From IMG/VR virus record IMGVR_UViG_3300043464_002149: a stretch of DNA of 64,000 nucleotides. One strand, 5' to 3'. Shown piece after piece: positions 36,401 to 48,325 of the stretch (its first letter is position 1; each line of letters begins with the position of its first letter). Under the pieces are notes generated by a model that made no database searches, was not told the origin of the DNA, and saw only the letters and a list, made by a program, of their open reading frames with translations. Source of the stretch: a virus. Its lineage: Duplodnaviria; Caudoviricetes. The position numbers and the translations under genes are program-made.

Positions 36401-39400
36401 AGTCCTTCTATTTTTACTTTTTTATCACAGTTAGCTGCATCGGTAAAAACTAAATCAATAACATCATCTTCTCTTACGTTAGTTAATCTAAACTTACAGT
36501 TCTCATTAAGAACTAGTGAAAGATTTACATCAGGATATATTGAACTATAACCACTATAAATGTTATTACCAGGTGTACAATTTCTTTGTACATAAATTCC
36601 CCAACCATTATCATTTCCAGATTGTACTGTTGCACCAGTAACGGTAATGATAATATCTGAAATAACTTTACAAGTCGGATAACCACTATATGTGTGACAA
36701 ATCGTTTCAAACTGTAAATCTAAATCACATTTTGGTTCTGTATATTTGTAATCAACATCAAAATAGAAATCTAAATTATCTTTAACTAAACATTCACCAG
36801 AAGAATTTGTGTGTGCAATAAATTTAACTTTCTCAATACCATCACTATCTGTGAAAAATTCATGAGATATTAATTGTGTATATCCACTAGTGATTGCTGT
36901 TGTTGGAACATAAGTTGGTGTATTAAAAGCACTACTTTGTGTTTCTGTTTGATTAATTTGGTTAACTAATGAAGTTATTGCGCTCTTCCAAGAGGTTTTG
37001 ATTGTCGTTAAATCTAAATTAATCCAGTTTTTATATTCACATACAAGTGGTATCTTACTTGATGAGGATGTTAAAGTTGTACAACTTTCATTTACTGTGA
37101 ATCCTGTACCAAATAGTGTACTACCAGTTAAATTAACTTTAGTTGTTCCACTATAATCAGCACCATCAATATCAATGTGTAGCGTAAATGTCACACCACT
37201 AAATTCTATTAAACCTCTTAAGTTATCTGGATCACCAAGTATGGTTTCAAGATCTTCTTCAATAACTGTTTCAAAATTAGGATATAGATTTTCAACAACT
37301 TCTAATGGTTTACATGGTTTTCTATATGAAAACTTAGGTCTACCAAAAATATTATTCTCTATTAAATTTCCACCCATCCATAAGGTTGTCGATGGAATTA
37401 TTTGTTCCAACACACTAGACCAATATGGACTCATCTGATTAACGAAATCAGATGTTGAAATCATATCATATGTTGTGTATCCAGAAGCTGTTAATTGATT
37501 TAAATAATCTTGATATACATCTTCTAGTGTGATATAATTTTTCTTATACTTTACTAAATTTGAATTAGTGATTTGATTAGAAAAAGTATTTTGTAGATAT
37601 TCTGCAAACGTAAAACCAGTTTGTGGCTCAAGGCTATTAGTACCAAAAGTAACTTCTAATTCTCTGGATTTTCTCCAAATATCATAGTTAATAGCATTAG
37701 CCGCCGAAACAAATACGTTTATGTTTTTTCTGTTAAGAATTAAATTAGATAAATTTTCATCTTCTAATATTTGACCCTGTACATTATCTATTTCACTATT
37801 AATTGTGAAACCATAATCCAAACCAGAAAGTGTTCTATAAACATCAAAATAATCCTCACCATATGAATATGGTTTTGATTTTGTTAATAATGTTTTTGTT
37901 CTACCTGTTATAACTGATGATTCTGTATCTAAGATATCAGAAGATCTATGATCTAATGATACATTTGACCAACCAGATCCCATTTGGAAAAATATATTTT
38001 CCTGATTAGTCGTTGGGGATTTTGGTAATAAAGAAATATCGTTTACAGGATAATCACTTATCTGGTTATTTGTTGTTAAACCAGTTAATGATGATAATGT
38101 GTATGTGTATGTGCTACTATTAAAAGTTACACTATTACTTACTTGAATATTATTTAAGGTGTTTGTAATATCATCTAATGTAGATGATGGTAACGCACTA
38201 TTAACTTTATAAACAAATTCATCAATTTTAACCATCGGTTCCGGAGCACCGATGAACTTTAAGAAAAATTCAATACTGCTTCTGGTTCCTTTTGATTTAT
38301 ATATAAAAGCTAAGTTAACTAAAAGTCTTCTATAGAATTCTAATTCAGCATCAACTAAATTCTTACCAATGGATTGACCATCATATGTCACAGAAGATGC
38401 ATTATAAATTTGTTCTTCTAGTGATTTTTGATCAAATAAATTAATTGTGTTTAAACCAAGAGTGTTTGCTAGATTTTTAAGAAAAACATCTGGGATGTTA
38501 TCTATTGAATCATACGTAACATTTCTCATGTACGCAATATTATCAATATATGATTTTACTTTATCAAAGCTTTGACCATATAGTTGGAATATTTTGTCTA
38601 TTTTTTGATCTTCAGTATCGAATTCAAATAACTGTGGTGCAACTAAAAATCTTGTTACTAAATTAGATTTATAATTGTCAATCTCTGTCGCTAAGTCATT
38701 TAATCGAGTAAGATATTCATCAAACTTTAATCCGGTAATTTGTATATTGTATCCATCAGATGATGTAGGCCAATTTACTAATACTGAAACTAGTTCTGTT
38801 TTTGATTCATCTAGACTTGTTTTTGGTACAGTAAATCCTGCTTGGTATATCGGATATGTATCTCTATTTAATAACGTTTGTTCAAGATCATCTAAACCTA
38901 AGTAAAACTCTTCAACAACACTATCATTAGGTCTTAAAATAAAACTATCTGAATATGTTGAACCGGTAAAAGGTTTTCCGGTAACAGATAGTGTAACTTG
39001 ATTAAAACTATCAGGTTTTATGTAATTGCTTACATTATAGTTTTTACCATCAACAATTATGATATATTTCTTATATGAAGAAAATAGGTTTCTAATTTTA
39101 TTTTCAGAATTTATTGCTTCATTTGCTGTAGGCTGTATTAAAGCAATATCAAATGGATTAAAAAATCTACCAATTTGTACTGTAAATGATGTTCTATTTG
39201 TTGTAGGGTTGTATGTGATATTTTCTGCGGTATTATCAGTTACAACTGAAAGCGCGTCTTTATCAATTAAAATACCACCCGGGAAATTTTTGATTATTCG
39301 AGCAATAGAAACTCTAATTCTTTCTCTTAAAGAACCAAATAAAGATTTAGATGCATCTTTTTTGTTTGTATTAAATCTTACCGGTCGTTTCTTACCATCA

Positions 39401-39636
39401 GATTGTACAACTGTTGTAGGTACATCCTCTTCTATTTTAAGATTTTCAAGAGTTATAAAGTCTGAAAATGGCGCAGTTTGGAATTTTTTAGAGTCTTTCT
39501 CTGGCACAACCCTATCTAACGCAAAGTTCGTATTAGTCAATTGACTAGTACCGTCAGTAATTTGTCTTCCAACAATACTGTCGCTAAACGTCTCAAAACC
39601 ACTAGCTGCTTGACTCGGAACTTTTCTTTTTGCCAT
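33418..39636 (-). CDS. Giant baseplate-wedge (gp7/P2 gpI-like) protein with repeat stalk and C-terminal vWA domain
   Basis: LKNLANTLG...[18 protein letters not shown] tail-I motif; CTFD-PT repeats; [16 protein letters not shown] motif near C-terminus. Confidence 0.75.
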   Translation of the reverse strand: MAKRKVPSQAASGFETFSDSIVGRQITDGTSQLTNTNFALDRVVPEKDSKKFQTAPFSDFITLENLKIEEDVPTTVVQSDGKKRPVRFNTNKKDASKSLFGSLRERIRVSIARIIKNFPGGILIDKDALSVVTDNTAENITYNPTTNRTSFTVQIGRFFNPFDIALIQPTANEAINSENKIRNLFSSYKKYIIIVDGKNYNVSNYIKPDSFNQVTLSVTGKPFTGSTYSDSFILRPNDSVVEEFYLGLDDLEQTLLNRDTYPIYQAGFTVPKTSLDESKTELVSVLVNWPTSSDGYNIQITGLKFDEYLTRLNDLATEIDNYKSNLVTRFLVAPQLFEFDTEDQKIDKIFQLYGQSFDKVKSYIDNIAYMRNVTYDSIDNIPDVFLKNLANTLGLNTINLFDQKSLEEQIYNASSVTYDGQSIGKNLVDAELEFYRRLLVNLAFIYKSKGTRSSIEFFLKFIGAPEPMVKIDEFVYKVNSALPSSTLDDITNTLNNIQVSNSVTFNSSTYTYTLSSLTGLTTNNQISDYPVNDISLLPKSPTTNQENIFFQMGSGWSNVSLDHRSSDILDTESSVITGRTKTLLTKSKPYSYGEDYFDVYRTLSGLDYGFTINSEIDNVQGQILEDENLSNLILNRKNINVFVSAANAINYDIWRKSRELEVTFGTNSLEPQTGFTFAEYLQNTFSNQITNSNLVKYKKNYITLEDVYQDYLNQLTASGYTTYDMISTSDFVNQMSPYWSSVLEQIIPSTTLWMGGNLIENNIFGRPKFSYRKPCKPLEVVENLYPNFETVIEEDLETILGDPDNLRGLIEFSGVTFTLHIDIDGADYSGTTKVNLTGSTLFGTGFTVNESCTTLTSSSSKIPLVCEYKNWINLDLTTIKTSWKSAITSLVNQINQTETQSSAFNTPTYVPTTAITSGYTQLISHEFFTDSDGIEKVKFIAHTNSSGECLVKDNLDFYFDVDYKYTEPKCDLDLQFETICHTYSGYPTCKVISDIIITVTGATVQSGNDNGWGIYVQRNCTPGNNIYSGYSSIYPDVNLSLVLNENCKFRLTNVREDDVIDLVFTDAANCDKKVKIEGLSLRYVEYPTENPDYPLIVNTGYTLVPKVQYRNSFNYGLKHNTKVLVVSGATINGSTTPADITNYISAGTLVRKNVKDLVNGNIVLGATYLSCSTFPSSIFEYANENNDYSFSYDYSTYTINDIDCLGSVKKSTITAMTVNGAQVVIEVLPTTKLRVYTNKEVDETQYRVTKRDGYFFDSRSPEFLQLKPESKEEPCCYYPSDYYDTGDFLITEKGELLEVVAVNLDYCENNLYYNINVNGTQPQNLIIFNGNDSAQILAQHTYDKFNRLNENISQFYTDQICCTSPVEDPIRNYTTECGVITPAVSCGDSYPIFVPTPTPTVTPTPTPTATATSTPTATPTATSTATPTPTVTPTPTPTPTPTTTVTPTPTCTFDIDVILPTPTPTGTPTPTCTFDVDVDIIIPTPTPTGTPTPTCTFDVDVDIIIPTPTPTGTPTPTCTFDIDIMLATPTPTGTPTPTCTFDVDVDIIIPTPTPTGTPTPTCTFDVDVDIIIPTPTPTGTPTPTCTFDVDVDVVIPTPTPTGTPTPTCTFDIDVVLPTPTPTGTSTATPTPTETVTPTPTPTETVTPTPTATPTPTCTFDVDVDVIIPTPTPTGTPTPTCTFDIDVVLPTATPTPTPTETPTLTPVPTSTPTPTVTETPTPTPTETATPTETPTPTCTFDIDIALVTPTPTATVTPTPTATETPTSTPTPTETSTPTPTETSTPTPTATPTITPTPTATPTPTCTFDIDIALATPTPTATSTPTPTPTATSTPTPTATDTPTPTPTPDCSFNAAVEEVPPIQIDENTQIFIWFDDSGSMNSTLSPLETMRNTILRDCLVQFYNGNYAKYDQNVTVNNFSSKSLGTERTFYVMNTTGTTQTTTKVINLVFQDESSPYNADGSSFNTSVRAGQYSTDISAFRNTLDNVPNSNYYRGIIFRVNTGPNSYDGFRQFIQAVKNGTNAYSGTNGLSDKNEVTWVSDVTAGSTAQYYADTIINALNTLGYNLSLCNVQN
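34075..35470 (-). repeat. Coding tandem repeat array (63/69-bp units; TCTFD(V/I)D...[11 protein letters not shown])
   Basis: 12 CTFD units plus one CSFN; perfect 69-bp tandem duplication at 34904-35043. Confidence 0.9.
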
Positions 39637-40553
39637 TATTCTGTAATATCGTCAAAGTTTAACGTTTGGTCTATATCAGTCCTACCTTCACGAATTTCAT
39701 ATAACGTCTCATTAAATTCGTCTTTAACTTCATATAGGTTAAACTGTTTATAAATGTTATTAGCGCCATCATAAATGGTATAGATACCTGAAGATACCGC
39801 CTTACTTTGATTACCATAAAGGGCAAGAGCAAGTGTTGAAGCATCATGTTCAACCATTTCAACCTCAATAGTCGTTGGATTAAAGTAACTGTTTGTTAAA
39901 ATAATCTTTTGTAAAGGTTGACCAATAAAAGGAACCGTATTAGGTTTATTAGTTGGCGCAGAGGATGGGGTAACAGTTAAGAACATCAAATTCGTAGGCG
40001 AATCTGAATATCTATATCTAACAGATTTTTGTGTAGTATTTGTTAAATTTGTTGTTATTGGTTCACAATAAAAAGAAGATGTCACTATTTTATAAAAATT
40101 AGGTACTTTCTTATTATCGCTAACACTTATATATTCAACTCTATATCCAACTAATCCCTGAGGAATAAATTTTGATCTATCTTCTGTAGTAAGATTACCT
40201 AAATCAATAACAATCCCTCTAACAGACGGTAAAGAAGCAAGAACACCACAATCTGTGATTGATGTTCTAATTTGTTTTGGTCTTATATGTAATGTGTATA
40301 TTCCAATTTCAGAGAAAGCTGAACTTTCTAATCTCAAATTATACATACCACCCAAAACTTCCACATTTGGTGCGTTTGTGTCATCTGTAGTGCTTGAATT
40401 ATGATACAAGGGTGATAATATAGTAGCCGAATCCAACTTTGATATCGTTGAATCGGTTGTCGCCCCTCTATCAGCAGCATAATGAAGTAGTATTTCTACA
40501 TCCTCTGGTGACACATCTGCTGGTCTTATTGTTCCGTAACTTCCTACTGCCAT
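39636..40553 (-). CDS. Putative baseplate/virion protein
   Basis: 305 aa in structural block, TATTTAT upstream. Confidence 0.55.
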   Translation of the reverse strand: MAVGSYGTIRPADVSPEDVEILLHYAADRGATTDSTISKLDSATILSPLYHNSSTTDDTNAPNVEVLGGMYNLRLESSAFSEIGIYTLHIRPKQIRTSITDCGVLASLPSVRGIVIDLGNLTTEDRSKFIPQGLVGYRVEYISVSDNKKVPNFYKIVTSSFYCEPITTNLTNTTQKSVRYRYSDSPTNLMFLTVTPSSAPTNKPNTVPFIGQPLQKIILTNSYFNPTTIEVEMVEHDASTLALALYGNQSKAVSSGIYTIYDGANNIYKQFNLYEVKDEFNETLYEIREGRTDIDQTLNFDDITE

Positions 40554-40577
40554 AGTATTTTATTAATAAATATAATT

Positions 40578-41837
40578 TTATTGTTTTTTTACTACGAAAA
40601 AACCATTTCCGTAGATATCTAATTCACCTAAATTATCAATTTCACCTAATCTTAAATTAAATTCTGAAACACCCATCTTACCTCTTTCAACAAATATGTC
40701 AGAATAAACTTGTGGTTCAGAAACAAAACCTAAAAAATGTTCGTTTCTGGTTAACATTTTATTTGTCACATATTCTACCGCAAAGTCAGTACTTGAGTTA
40801 TATGATGTAAATCCGGTTGTTCCGTTTATAATATGATTTGGGACTTTTCCAGTGATATAAGTGACACCGTCAGAACAATCATAATAATCTAAACCATCAA
40901 CAGTATATTTTGAACAAGTTAATGTGGTGCCGGGTAATGACGTGGATGTTACCCCACTATATGTGTTACCACCATATAATTTTTTTTCTATTATTCTACT
41001 TTTACCTGCGGCAACAAATGTGAGAGATGATGGTGTTTTTGTTGATCCTGATAGAGCCACCCCATAATCTGTGTATGGGAATGTAAACGATAATGTACCC
41101 AAACTAGTCGGTGTACCAATTACTAAAGGTAATTTTATTGTTCTAGAAAGTGTTTGTACTGTCCACGGACTATTCATTGTAATTGAAATAGTTTTATTTC
41201 CAGCTGTTGAATATGTTTTTGTAACATTACCAAGTATCGTAATTGAAGAAGTTGTACTATCTCCCCAGTTAATCTGAAAAGTAGCGTCAACAACTCTTTT
41301 TAATGTATTTGTATTCGTTGTATTATAAACTGTAATTGTATTTCCACTAGCTTTATATGTGAAATTACAAAGTTGTTCTACTTGATCTATTTCACCATCA
41401 AACCCAACCATTACACCTAATTCATCAGATTTGGCATTTAATGTTATAGGTATTTCATAATCTGGGTATGCTGCAGATTTATTTTTTCCTATGTTTACCC
41501 ATAAAGTTCCATTCCATCTGTAATAATAACCTTTATCTACCCAAGTAACAGCTTCAGGTTGTTCAACCCAAAATGTTGGTTGTGCTGATGGTATTTTATT
41601 TAAATTTGCTGCTACTAGTGATTTATAAATTTTTCCGTTATAATAAATGGTGTCGCCGGCATCGTATGTAATATCACTATACCATTTAACATCCATTACT
41701 GTCGTTCCACTAGTAGGTGCTGTTGTTGCGGACCAAGGAACTAATTCTAAATTACGATCATACCAATATTGACCCGCATTGTATAAAACAACCGATAATA
41801 TATTTTTTTGTAATATTTCGTATTTATATTTTTTCAT
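40578..41837 (-). CDS. Virion protein with CBM5/12-like and PKD-like modules
   Basis: WYSDITYDAGDTIYYNGKIYKS...P...FW; FQINWGD...KTYSTAGNKTISI. Confidence 0.6.
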   Translation of the reverse strand: MKKYKYEILQKNILSVVLYNAGQYWYDRNLELVPWSATTAPTSGTTVMDVKWYSDITYDAGDTIYYNGKIYKSLVAANLNKIPSAQPTFWVEQPEAVTWVDKGYYYRWNGTLWVNIGKNKSAAYPDYEIPITLNAKSDELGVMVGFDGEIDQVEQLCNFTYKASGNTITVYNTTNTNTLKRVVDATFQINWGDSTTSSITILGNVTKTYSTAGNKTISITMNSPWTVQTLSRTIKLPLVIGTPTSLGTLSFTFPYTDYGVALSGSTKTPSSLTFVAAGKSRIIEKKLYGGNTYSGVTSTSLPGTTLTCSKYTVDGLDYYDCSDGVTYITGKVPNHIINGTTGFTSYNSSTDFAVEYVTNKMLTRNEHFLGFVSEPQVYSDIFVERGKMGVSEFNLRLGEIDNLGELDIYGNGFFVVKKQ

Positions 41838-41839
41838 TT

Positions 41840-42673
41840 TTATAATTTAAATGCAGTACCATCTACTAGATCACAATCTGTGTTAATTCCTCTGTTTATT
41901 TTATAACTATGATCAGTTCTTCTGAATGTAACCTGAAAATAAAAATCATTAACATCATCAACTGTGTCACTAAAATTCATTTCATAAAACTTAATTGGAT
42001 TAGCTTTCGTACCCACTCTTTCCCCGTTAACCAAACCAGAATTATCAATTGTTAGATCTTTATTTAAAAATCTTGTTGTGGTTCCATCTTCAGCATTAAA
42101 AAATCTAGCAGTCATAAAAAATGTCAAACCACTAAAAACTGTGTTGTCACCAAACCAAAACAAATACATGTTTTCGGTGTTTTTGTAATTATTACCATTA
42201 AAAACAGGTATTTTAATTCTATCTCTTAAGTTGACATCAAAAACTGTTTGACCTAATGGAATTGATAAATTCTTAGCAAACACTAATTTTTGTGTTTCTC
42301 TTTCTCTAGTTGTATAGAATTCTAATCTAAAAAAACTATTAACGGCCTGTTTTAATAGTTTAGCATTCTCTCTTGGACTTATTCCTATTAAATCATAATC
42401 TAAACCATTATCATAATCTCTTGGGGATTGGTTATTTAAAAAATAAAAATAATACCAAATATCACATTGAGTATCAAAAGCATTAGCTGTTAATCCGCTA
42501 TATGGTTCATGAATATACCTTATCGTTTCATAGTTTTCAACTGGGTTAATGATAGATCTTAAAACATCCTCTTGATATTCTAAAAAATTTTCTTCCCAAC
42601 CAGCATTAGTTCTAAAATCCGTTTCTGGATTAAAAATTAACGATTTATCAGTATTATTAAATAATATATTCAT
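41840..42673 (-). CDS. Putative virion protein
   Basis: 277 aa, tightly packed in structural block. Confidence 0.55.
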   Translation of the reverse strand: MNILFNNTDKSLIFNPETDFRTNAGWEENFLEYQEDVLRSIINPVENYETIRYIHEPYSGLTANAFDTQCDIWYYFYFLNNQSPRDYDNGLDYDLIGISPRENAKLLKQAVNSFFRLEFYTTRERETQKLVFAKNLSIPLGQTVFDVNLRDRIKIPVFNGNNYKNTENMYLFWFGDNTVFSGLTFFMTARFFNAEDGTTTRFLNKDLTIDNSGLVNGERVGTKANPIKFYEMNFSDTVDDVNDFYFQVTFRRTDHSYKINRGINTDCDLVDGTAFKL

Positions 42674-42674
42674 T

Positions 42675-44450
42675 TTAACAGTTTATATCTCTGAATCCTT
42701 TGAATCCATTATTTTTATTATTGTATTCTTTTTCATTTATGAAATAAAAATTAAAATCAGTTTTAACATAATGTTGACCATTTATGAATGGATAATCTGT
42801 TCCATTACCCTCATCATCAATAAATCCATGATCATATAAATCCCTCCATTTCCATAATTTTTCATCTGGAAAATATCTAGCATTATCTGGTAAGTCTAAG
42901 ATGTTATTAGTGTTAAATGTTTCAACATATTGAGACATCTGTCTTAACTTAACTCTATAATGTGGTTGATATAATAATCCCATTTTATTATTCGCCGAAA
43001 TTGTTCCGCCAAAAGTACTAGTAGGTAAATTTTGATCATGATCAAAAATTGTCAATGGTTGTACAATCTTATGTAAGGATTCTGATATTATTCTTTCTTT
43101 TAATTCAGATGGGTTATATTCAACAAATGCACCAGTTAAAATGGTGTTAACTGGGGTTGTAACACCAGATGTAAACGTAATAGTACTGCCACTTTTTGTA
43201 AATGTTGAACCGCTTAAATTTGTTTCTAATGCTGTTGTTCCACTAAAATGGTTATCAATCCAACCGTCATGTAAATGAAATTTATACCCAACTTTAGGTG
43301 GGTATTCAAAATAACCAGATCCGTTTTTAAATAAAACCGTAACATAAATTTCTGATGGGGTATAACCAAGATTGTTTGTTAAACCAGTTAAAATAAAACT
43401 ATTTTTAAAATCATATATTAATGATTCTGGTCTGTTTCTTTCAACAAGTACATCGTTGTTACCCGCGCTATCTTCAAATAATAATTTCTTTTCATCTTCA
43501 AAAATCGGTGATTCAAAACCAGCTTTATCTAAAATTAAATCGGTTGATGAAGTTAATATTTTATGTTTATGTACATAATATGTTGAAGTCGTACCACTAA
43601 TATTCCTATCATTAATACACCTTTTGATTGTTATTAACTTAGGTATTGTTGTACCACTAAACTGTTGCTTATTTAAGTTTATAACATACTTCTCAGAATC
43701 ATACTTATCATCACCTAAACTTGATACAGAATACGTAACACCGCTAATACTTGAGATCGATGATATTATAACAAATTCTTCTTCACTGATGCCATGAGGT
43801 ACCGGTGTTGTTAATTTATAATATGTTGGTTTTTCTTCAACCCTACATGGTATTCCACTACCGGCATTAAATTGTATATGTGTTATTTTATCATTGTTAA
43901 ATGCTGTAGACCCACTAAGAGTATATGACATTGTGAAACCAGTATCGTGACCACTAACATAACTTAAATGAAAATTCCAATTATGATATGGTGCATTCAT
44001 GTTAGTGATAACCTGATGCTTGTTTCTTGGTTTTGTTGGTTGTGAAAATGTTGGTGTGTATGTGCCATATGTACTTCCACTAATTGCTGGAATGTTTACA
44101 TCTTCTCTATATGTGTCGCGTCTTATAAATGCAAATTCGTCATATGGTAAATAACCTGTATTGTCACCGCTAGCGCCATCACCAAATAAATAAAGATATT
44201 CAGCTAGATTACCATATGGTGTTGTACCACTATACATGTTTCTAAAAATCATTTTTAGTTTACCATATATCTTATACTTCTTACTTTGAGCTCTTTCGTA
44301 ACTAAAATGTTCCTCTAAATCTAATACAATAGAGCGGTCACCTTCTCTTAATAATTCCTCACTACTTTCTAGACCAATTCTTGTTGATAAATCAACAGCT
44401 GGCGATTTGTGGTACCTTAGTTCTGGTAATATGATTGTTTTCTTTTCCAT
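42675..44450 (-). CDS. Putative baseplate/virion protein
   Basis: 591 aa, many (S/T)GxT motifs, coupled to neighbours. Confidence 0.55.
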   Translation of the reverse strand: MEKKTIILPELRYHKSPAVDLSTRIGLESSEELLREGDRSIVLDLEEHFSYERAQSKKYKIYGKLKMIFRNMYSGTTPYGNLAEYLYLFGDGASGDNTGYLPYDEFAFIRRDTYREDVNIPAISGSTYGTYTPTFSQPTKPRNKHQVITNMNAPYHNWNFHLSYVSGHDTGFTMSYTLSGSTAFNNDKITHIQFNAGSGIPCRVEEKPTYYKLTTPVPHGISEEEFVIISSISSISGVTYSVSSLGDDKYDSEKYVINLNKQQFSGTTIPKLITIKRCINDRNISGTTSTYYVHKHKILTSSTDLILDKAGFESPIFEDEKKLLFEDSAGNNDVLVERNRPESLIYDFKNSFILTGLTNNLGYTPSEIYVTVLFKNGSGYFEYPPKVGYKFHLHDGWIDNHFSGTTALETNLSGSTFTKSGSTITFTSGVTTPVNTILTGAFVEYNPSELKERIISESLHKIVQPLTIFDHDQNLPTSTFGGTISANNKMGLLYQPHYRVKLRQMSQYVETFNTNNILDLPDNARYFPDEKLWKWRDLYDHGFIDDEGNGTDYPFINGQHYVKTDFNFYFINEKEYNNKNNGFKGFRDINC

Positions 44451-47400
44451 TATTCAGCACTTGTAAAGGCGCCCTTATCGCCAAAATATTCTATAAATTT
44501 ATCTACACCAGTTTTTCCAACTCTCAATCCAAAATAAAACATAAACGGTGTTGATAAAATTTGTTTATTTCCAGTATAGTAGTCTTGTGTTTTTCTGATT
44601 ATAAAATCATCAGTAAAATCCCAGCTCTGCGAATGCCATGTTCCACCATTACCATATCTAGTATATAATGTACCGGTTAAAGGTTCAGCTATAGTTCCAC
44701 TGGTTACATATAAATAAGTAAATCCTGGATACTCAGAATCAAAGTTAGTATGTGAGTCTACGGTAGAGATTTGATCAAATTCAATATCGTTAGTTGCATT
44801 TCCTGTATTAACTGTTAAACCACTAAATGTATATGTCATAGGTAATAACAAATACTTGTCTGATGGATCACTTGTTGAACCTGTCAAATTATATGCATAT
44901 GTCATCCCCTGTAATGGTTGAACTTCAACATTACTATAATCCCAAGATTGTTTATCCATTTGGTTAGTTGCATAAGAACCAAATCCAGTACCCTTTTTAT
45001 TCCATAAATAAAATGGAACTCTTTGTGATGATTCTGTTAATCTACCTGGTTCATTTAAACACGCTCTAATCCTTTCACCATCGTCATCAAGATATAACGT
45101 AACAGGTAATGGCCCATAGTTTGCGTTTCCGTTTTTGAAAACACTTGGATATACTTCTGGATCTAATATTTGATATGAATAACCAAGATATCTAGGATTT
45201 TGTAAATCAAACTCTTCTATACCAGCTTCGTTATTGATAGATATAAGTTGTAATATATCCCCATCCAAAATTTCATTTGTATATGTAAACCCAGTATTGT
45301 CAAAAAATTGTTCTAATTGGAAGTCGTTATTACTAACATCCATTCTGTAGTTAATTGCTAAACCTAAAAGTTCACCAAAGCTTTGAAAAGATGACGACCC
45401 TATTGATCTACTAACTGAACAGTTTGGATCTAAAGATGGGTCTGTACATATTTCTTTTATAAATTCATCTCTAGGGCCTAAATCAACTATGGTTGTTGGC
45501 CTACCAAGTCTTTTAAAAGAACCTTTAGTTTCACCCCAACTACTTTCAGAAACATAGGGTGATGATCTATAATAGAATTTATCTTGTGGACCAACATATC
45601 TAATAACATCTCCACAATATTTTCCTTTTTTACCTTTAAATAAAAAGAAATATAAAGATCCAGATAACCAGTTATCAACAAAAGAATAATTTACAATACC
45701 ACCACAAAATAATTTACCAACTCTTTTTCTTCTATAATATTCTCTCAATATTTCCCAAACTCTTGTTGTTCTTTGTGTACCTGGAACTATTGTGAATACG
45801 CCGTTTTCAAACTCGGACATACCACTTCTAGTAAATCTATCATATTGTTCACCTTCAAAAGAAGGTATTAATGGTACCCCACTACTATTGTAATATTTAA
45901 TATCGGCAGATAATGTTGAACCGTATGTCCTAAGACCTTCGCCATATAATGTGCCGGTAATATTTGTTGCAACAACACTTGTTGTTCCTAAAACATAACT
46001 AGCTGGTGAAATCGTACCTGTCCAACCATAGCTAGTATAACCAGTATTAGGATAATACCAGCTAACCAAAGCTTCGTCATATGGTGTATCATATATATCA
46101 CAACCTTCTTCAACTGCATCTGTTATTGGTAAGTCGATAGCTTCTTTATCAGTTGTACTTCTTATTGTTAATGTATATGAACCAGGTTCACCAAAAAGAA
46201 CACCATCATCTTGAAATGTTATAGATGTATAGCTTATGGTATTTCCACTAACATCTGTTACGGGGGTTCCAGAAAATTGAGTACTTAAAGATGTGTTACC
46301 ATATGTTTCACTACTTAATTGATAATCTGATTGATTGTTAATAAAATACAATATACCGTCACCACCTGTTATTAAAGCAGCACCTAACGCTTCTAAATCT
46401 TCACCAGGACAATCACCAGTTGTGTCTGGTACAAATGTTAATGATGTTACAGATAATGTTCTACTATTTTCAAGATAATCACCGGTAATAGTTACACTAC
46501 CAACAGAACAAAAAGAACTAGAAGAAGCGTCATCTTGAAGTTCTGAACCTAAAGTGTTACCACCGTTACATTCTTCACATTCTGGATAATTTATTAAATA
46601 TAATCTTCTTTGACCATTTTCTTGTGCTCTAAATGCCGCTTTTTTTATACTTCTCGCTAATTGTCTAATAGGTCTAAAATCAGCAGCGTCTCCAATCGTA
46701 AATAATAAACGTACTAAAGAATTTGTAAACGTTAATGTTAATAGATTTATTAAATGTTCAATAAATAATAAAACAGAAGAAATTAATAATGAAAAAGTTC
46801 TATTTCGTTTTCCAAAATTTACAGGTGGTGTAACTATTTCGCTAGAACAATCCTCTTCTTCTGGTGGTACAATCTCTTTAATACCAACATATCTGTCATT
46901 TGTAAAAAACGTACTATTATAATGAATATTTTGAAAAGATGATACAGTATAAACTTTATTATATGTCATCCTATAAAAATAATCTCTAGGATAAAATTGC
47001 CCAAAGTCATTATATAAAATACCTTTATCCGGATCTGTTGATACTGCGCTTGTAGGATAATCACTCCAGGTAGTTGAAAAGGCATATGATTTATCTTTTT
47101 CTCCAGAATATTCTCTTATATTAGGAACCAAGAAGCTAGCTGTTTTTCTTACTCTTTCATTTCCGCTATCATCTAAACTAAAACGAAATCTATAACACGC
47201 TGCCGTTGCCACACCTTTATTTGGATCATTGGTTATTTCATTTTCACCAAACTCATTTGTGTATATAAATTCAGAATTCATTGGTACTGGTAAAACAAAA
47301 CCACCATCCTCTGAAATATCTTCATCGATTTCGTATATTTCTAATATTGGTCTATTTTGTGAATCCTTTTCAGCGGTGAATCTAATTGCCTCAATTGTTC

Positions 47401-48265
47401 CAGTTTTTGTGGTTAAATCACATTTTCTACCCATTTTTCGTCTAGGCTGACAATTTTTGTTTAAAGAGTTACTACCCTTATCGGTGTATGTACCGCCAAT
47501 TAAAAATGCTTTAGGTTCTATATTAACCCCTTGATCAGATAAATCAAAATCTGTTCTACTTATACCAATTTGACACAAATCTATGTTACCCCAAAAAGGA
47601 TAAACATCTATTGTTCTATCAAATGAAACAATTTGTGGTAAAGAATCTAAATCTTTTGATGCTTTATATGAATAGGTGTTTTTAAATGAATCGACACCCA
47701 TTCCTTGTCTAATAAAATCGTAAGGTCTTAATGAAAAACAACCTATGTCTGATAAATCAACATCAACGTGGATTGTTTGTTCCCCTAAAGGAACCCCCCA
47801 AATCATGAAATCGCCAGAACTGTTAGTTTTTACTGTGTATTTGTAATATTTTTCAAAAACTTCAAGGTATTCTTCTCTTGAAAGAATGTCACCTTGATCG
47901 GGGAATGTTCCGGTTGGCTCATGACCTCCATGTTGTTTTCTAGATGGTAAAAGATTATATCTATAACCATCTTCATTTTTGTCCTGAGCTAATTTATATG
48001 GGTATAATGATGATATAACGGGATCGTTTTCATCACTTTCTTGTAACGGAATGAATATAGAAACTCTCGCATTCGGAACCCCTAATCCATTATTAACACT
48101 TATTCTACCACAAACAACACCATAATCAGCACATAAAGACGTGTATACATCCTGTTGAGTGAATTTTAAAGATAAGATCTCTAAAAGATCATAATCCTGT
48201 TTTAACTCAACAGTTACTTTCTTATCCCCATTTAAACTGGTGTTGATTCTATGTTTTTGTATCAT
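44450..48265 (-). CDS. Large baseplate/virion protein with carboxypeptidase-regulatory-like beta-sandwich N-terminus
   Basis: VVCGRISVNNGLGVPNARVSI...TVKTNSSGDFMIWGVPLGEQTIHVD; immediately downstream of gp6-like gene. Confidence 0.55.
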   Translation of the reverse strand: MIQKHRINTSLNGDKKVTVELKQDYDLLEILSLKFTQQDVYTSLCADYGVVCGRISVNNGLGVPNARVSIFIPLQESDENDPVISSLYPYKLAQDKNEDGYRYNLLPSRKQHGGHEPTGTFPDQGDILSREEYLEVFEKYYKYTVKTNSSGDFMIWGVPLGEQTIHVDVDLSDIGCFSLRPYDFIRQGMGVDSFKNTYSYKASKDLDSLPQIVSFDRTIDVYPFWGNIDLCQIGISRTDFDLSDQGVNIEPKAFLIGGTYTDKGSNSLNKNCQPRRKMGRKCDLTTKTGTIEAIRFTAEKDSQNRPILEIYEIDEDISEDGGFVLPVPMNSEFIYTNEFGENEITNDPNKGVATAACYRFRFSLDDSGNERVRKTASFLVPNIREYSGEKDKSYAFSTTWSDYPTSAVSTDPDKGILYNDFGQFYPRDYFYRMTYNKVYTVSSFQNIHYNSTFFTNDRYVGIKEIVPPEEEDCSSEIVTPPVNFGKRNRTFSLLISSVLLFIEHLINLLTLTFTNSLVRLLFTIGDAADFRPIRQLARSIKKAAFRAQENGQRRLYLINYPECEECNGGNTLGSELQDDASSSSFCSVGSVTITGDYLENSRTLSVTSLTFVPDTTGDCPGEDLEALGAALITGGDGILYFINNQSDYQLSSETYGNTSLSTQFSGTPVTDVSGNTISYTSITFQDDGVLFGEPGSYTLTIRSTTDKEAIDLPITDAVEEGCDIYDTPYDEALVSWYYPNTGYTSYGWTGTISPASYVLGTTSVVATNITGTLYGEGLRTYGSTLSADIKYYNSSGVPLIPSFEGEQYDRFTRSGMSEFENGVFTIVPGTQRTTRVWEILREYYRRKRVGKLFCGGIVNYSFVDNWLSGSLYFFLFKGKKGKYCGDVIRYVGPQDKFYYRSSPYVSESSWGETKGSFKRLGRPTTIVDLGPRDEFIKEICTDPSLDPNCSVSRSIGSSSFQSFGELLGLAINYRMDVSNNDFQLEQFFDNTGFTYTNEILDGDILQLISINNEAGIEEFDLQNPRYLGYSYQILDPEVYPSVFKNGNANYGPLPVTLYLDDDGERIRACLNEPGRLTESSQRVPFYLWNKKGTGFGSYATNQMDKQSWDYSNVEVQPLQGMTYAYNLTGSTSDPSDKYLLLPMTYTFSGLTVNTGNATNDIEFDQISTVDSHTNFDSEYPGFTYLYVTSGTIAEPLTGTLYTRYGNGGTWHSQSWDFTDDFIIRKTQDYYTGNKQILSTPFMFYFGLRVGKTGVDKFIEYFGDKGAFTSAE

Positions 48266-48325
48266 ATTAACTATAAATAGAAACTCATCAATTTTCCTAT
48301 AGAAAAAAGATAAGTAAAAAAGACG

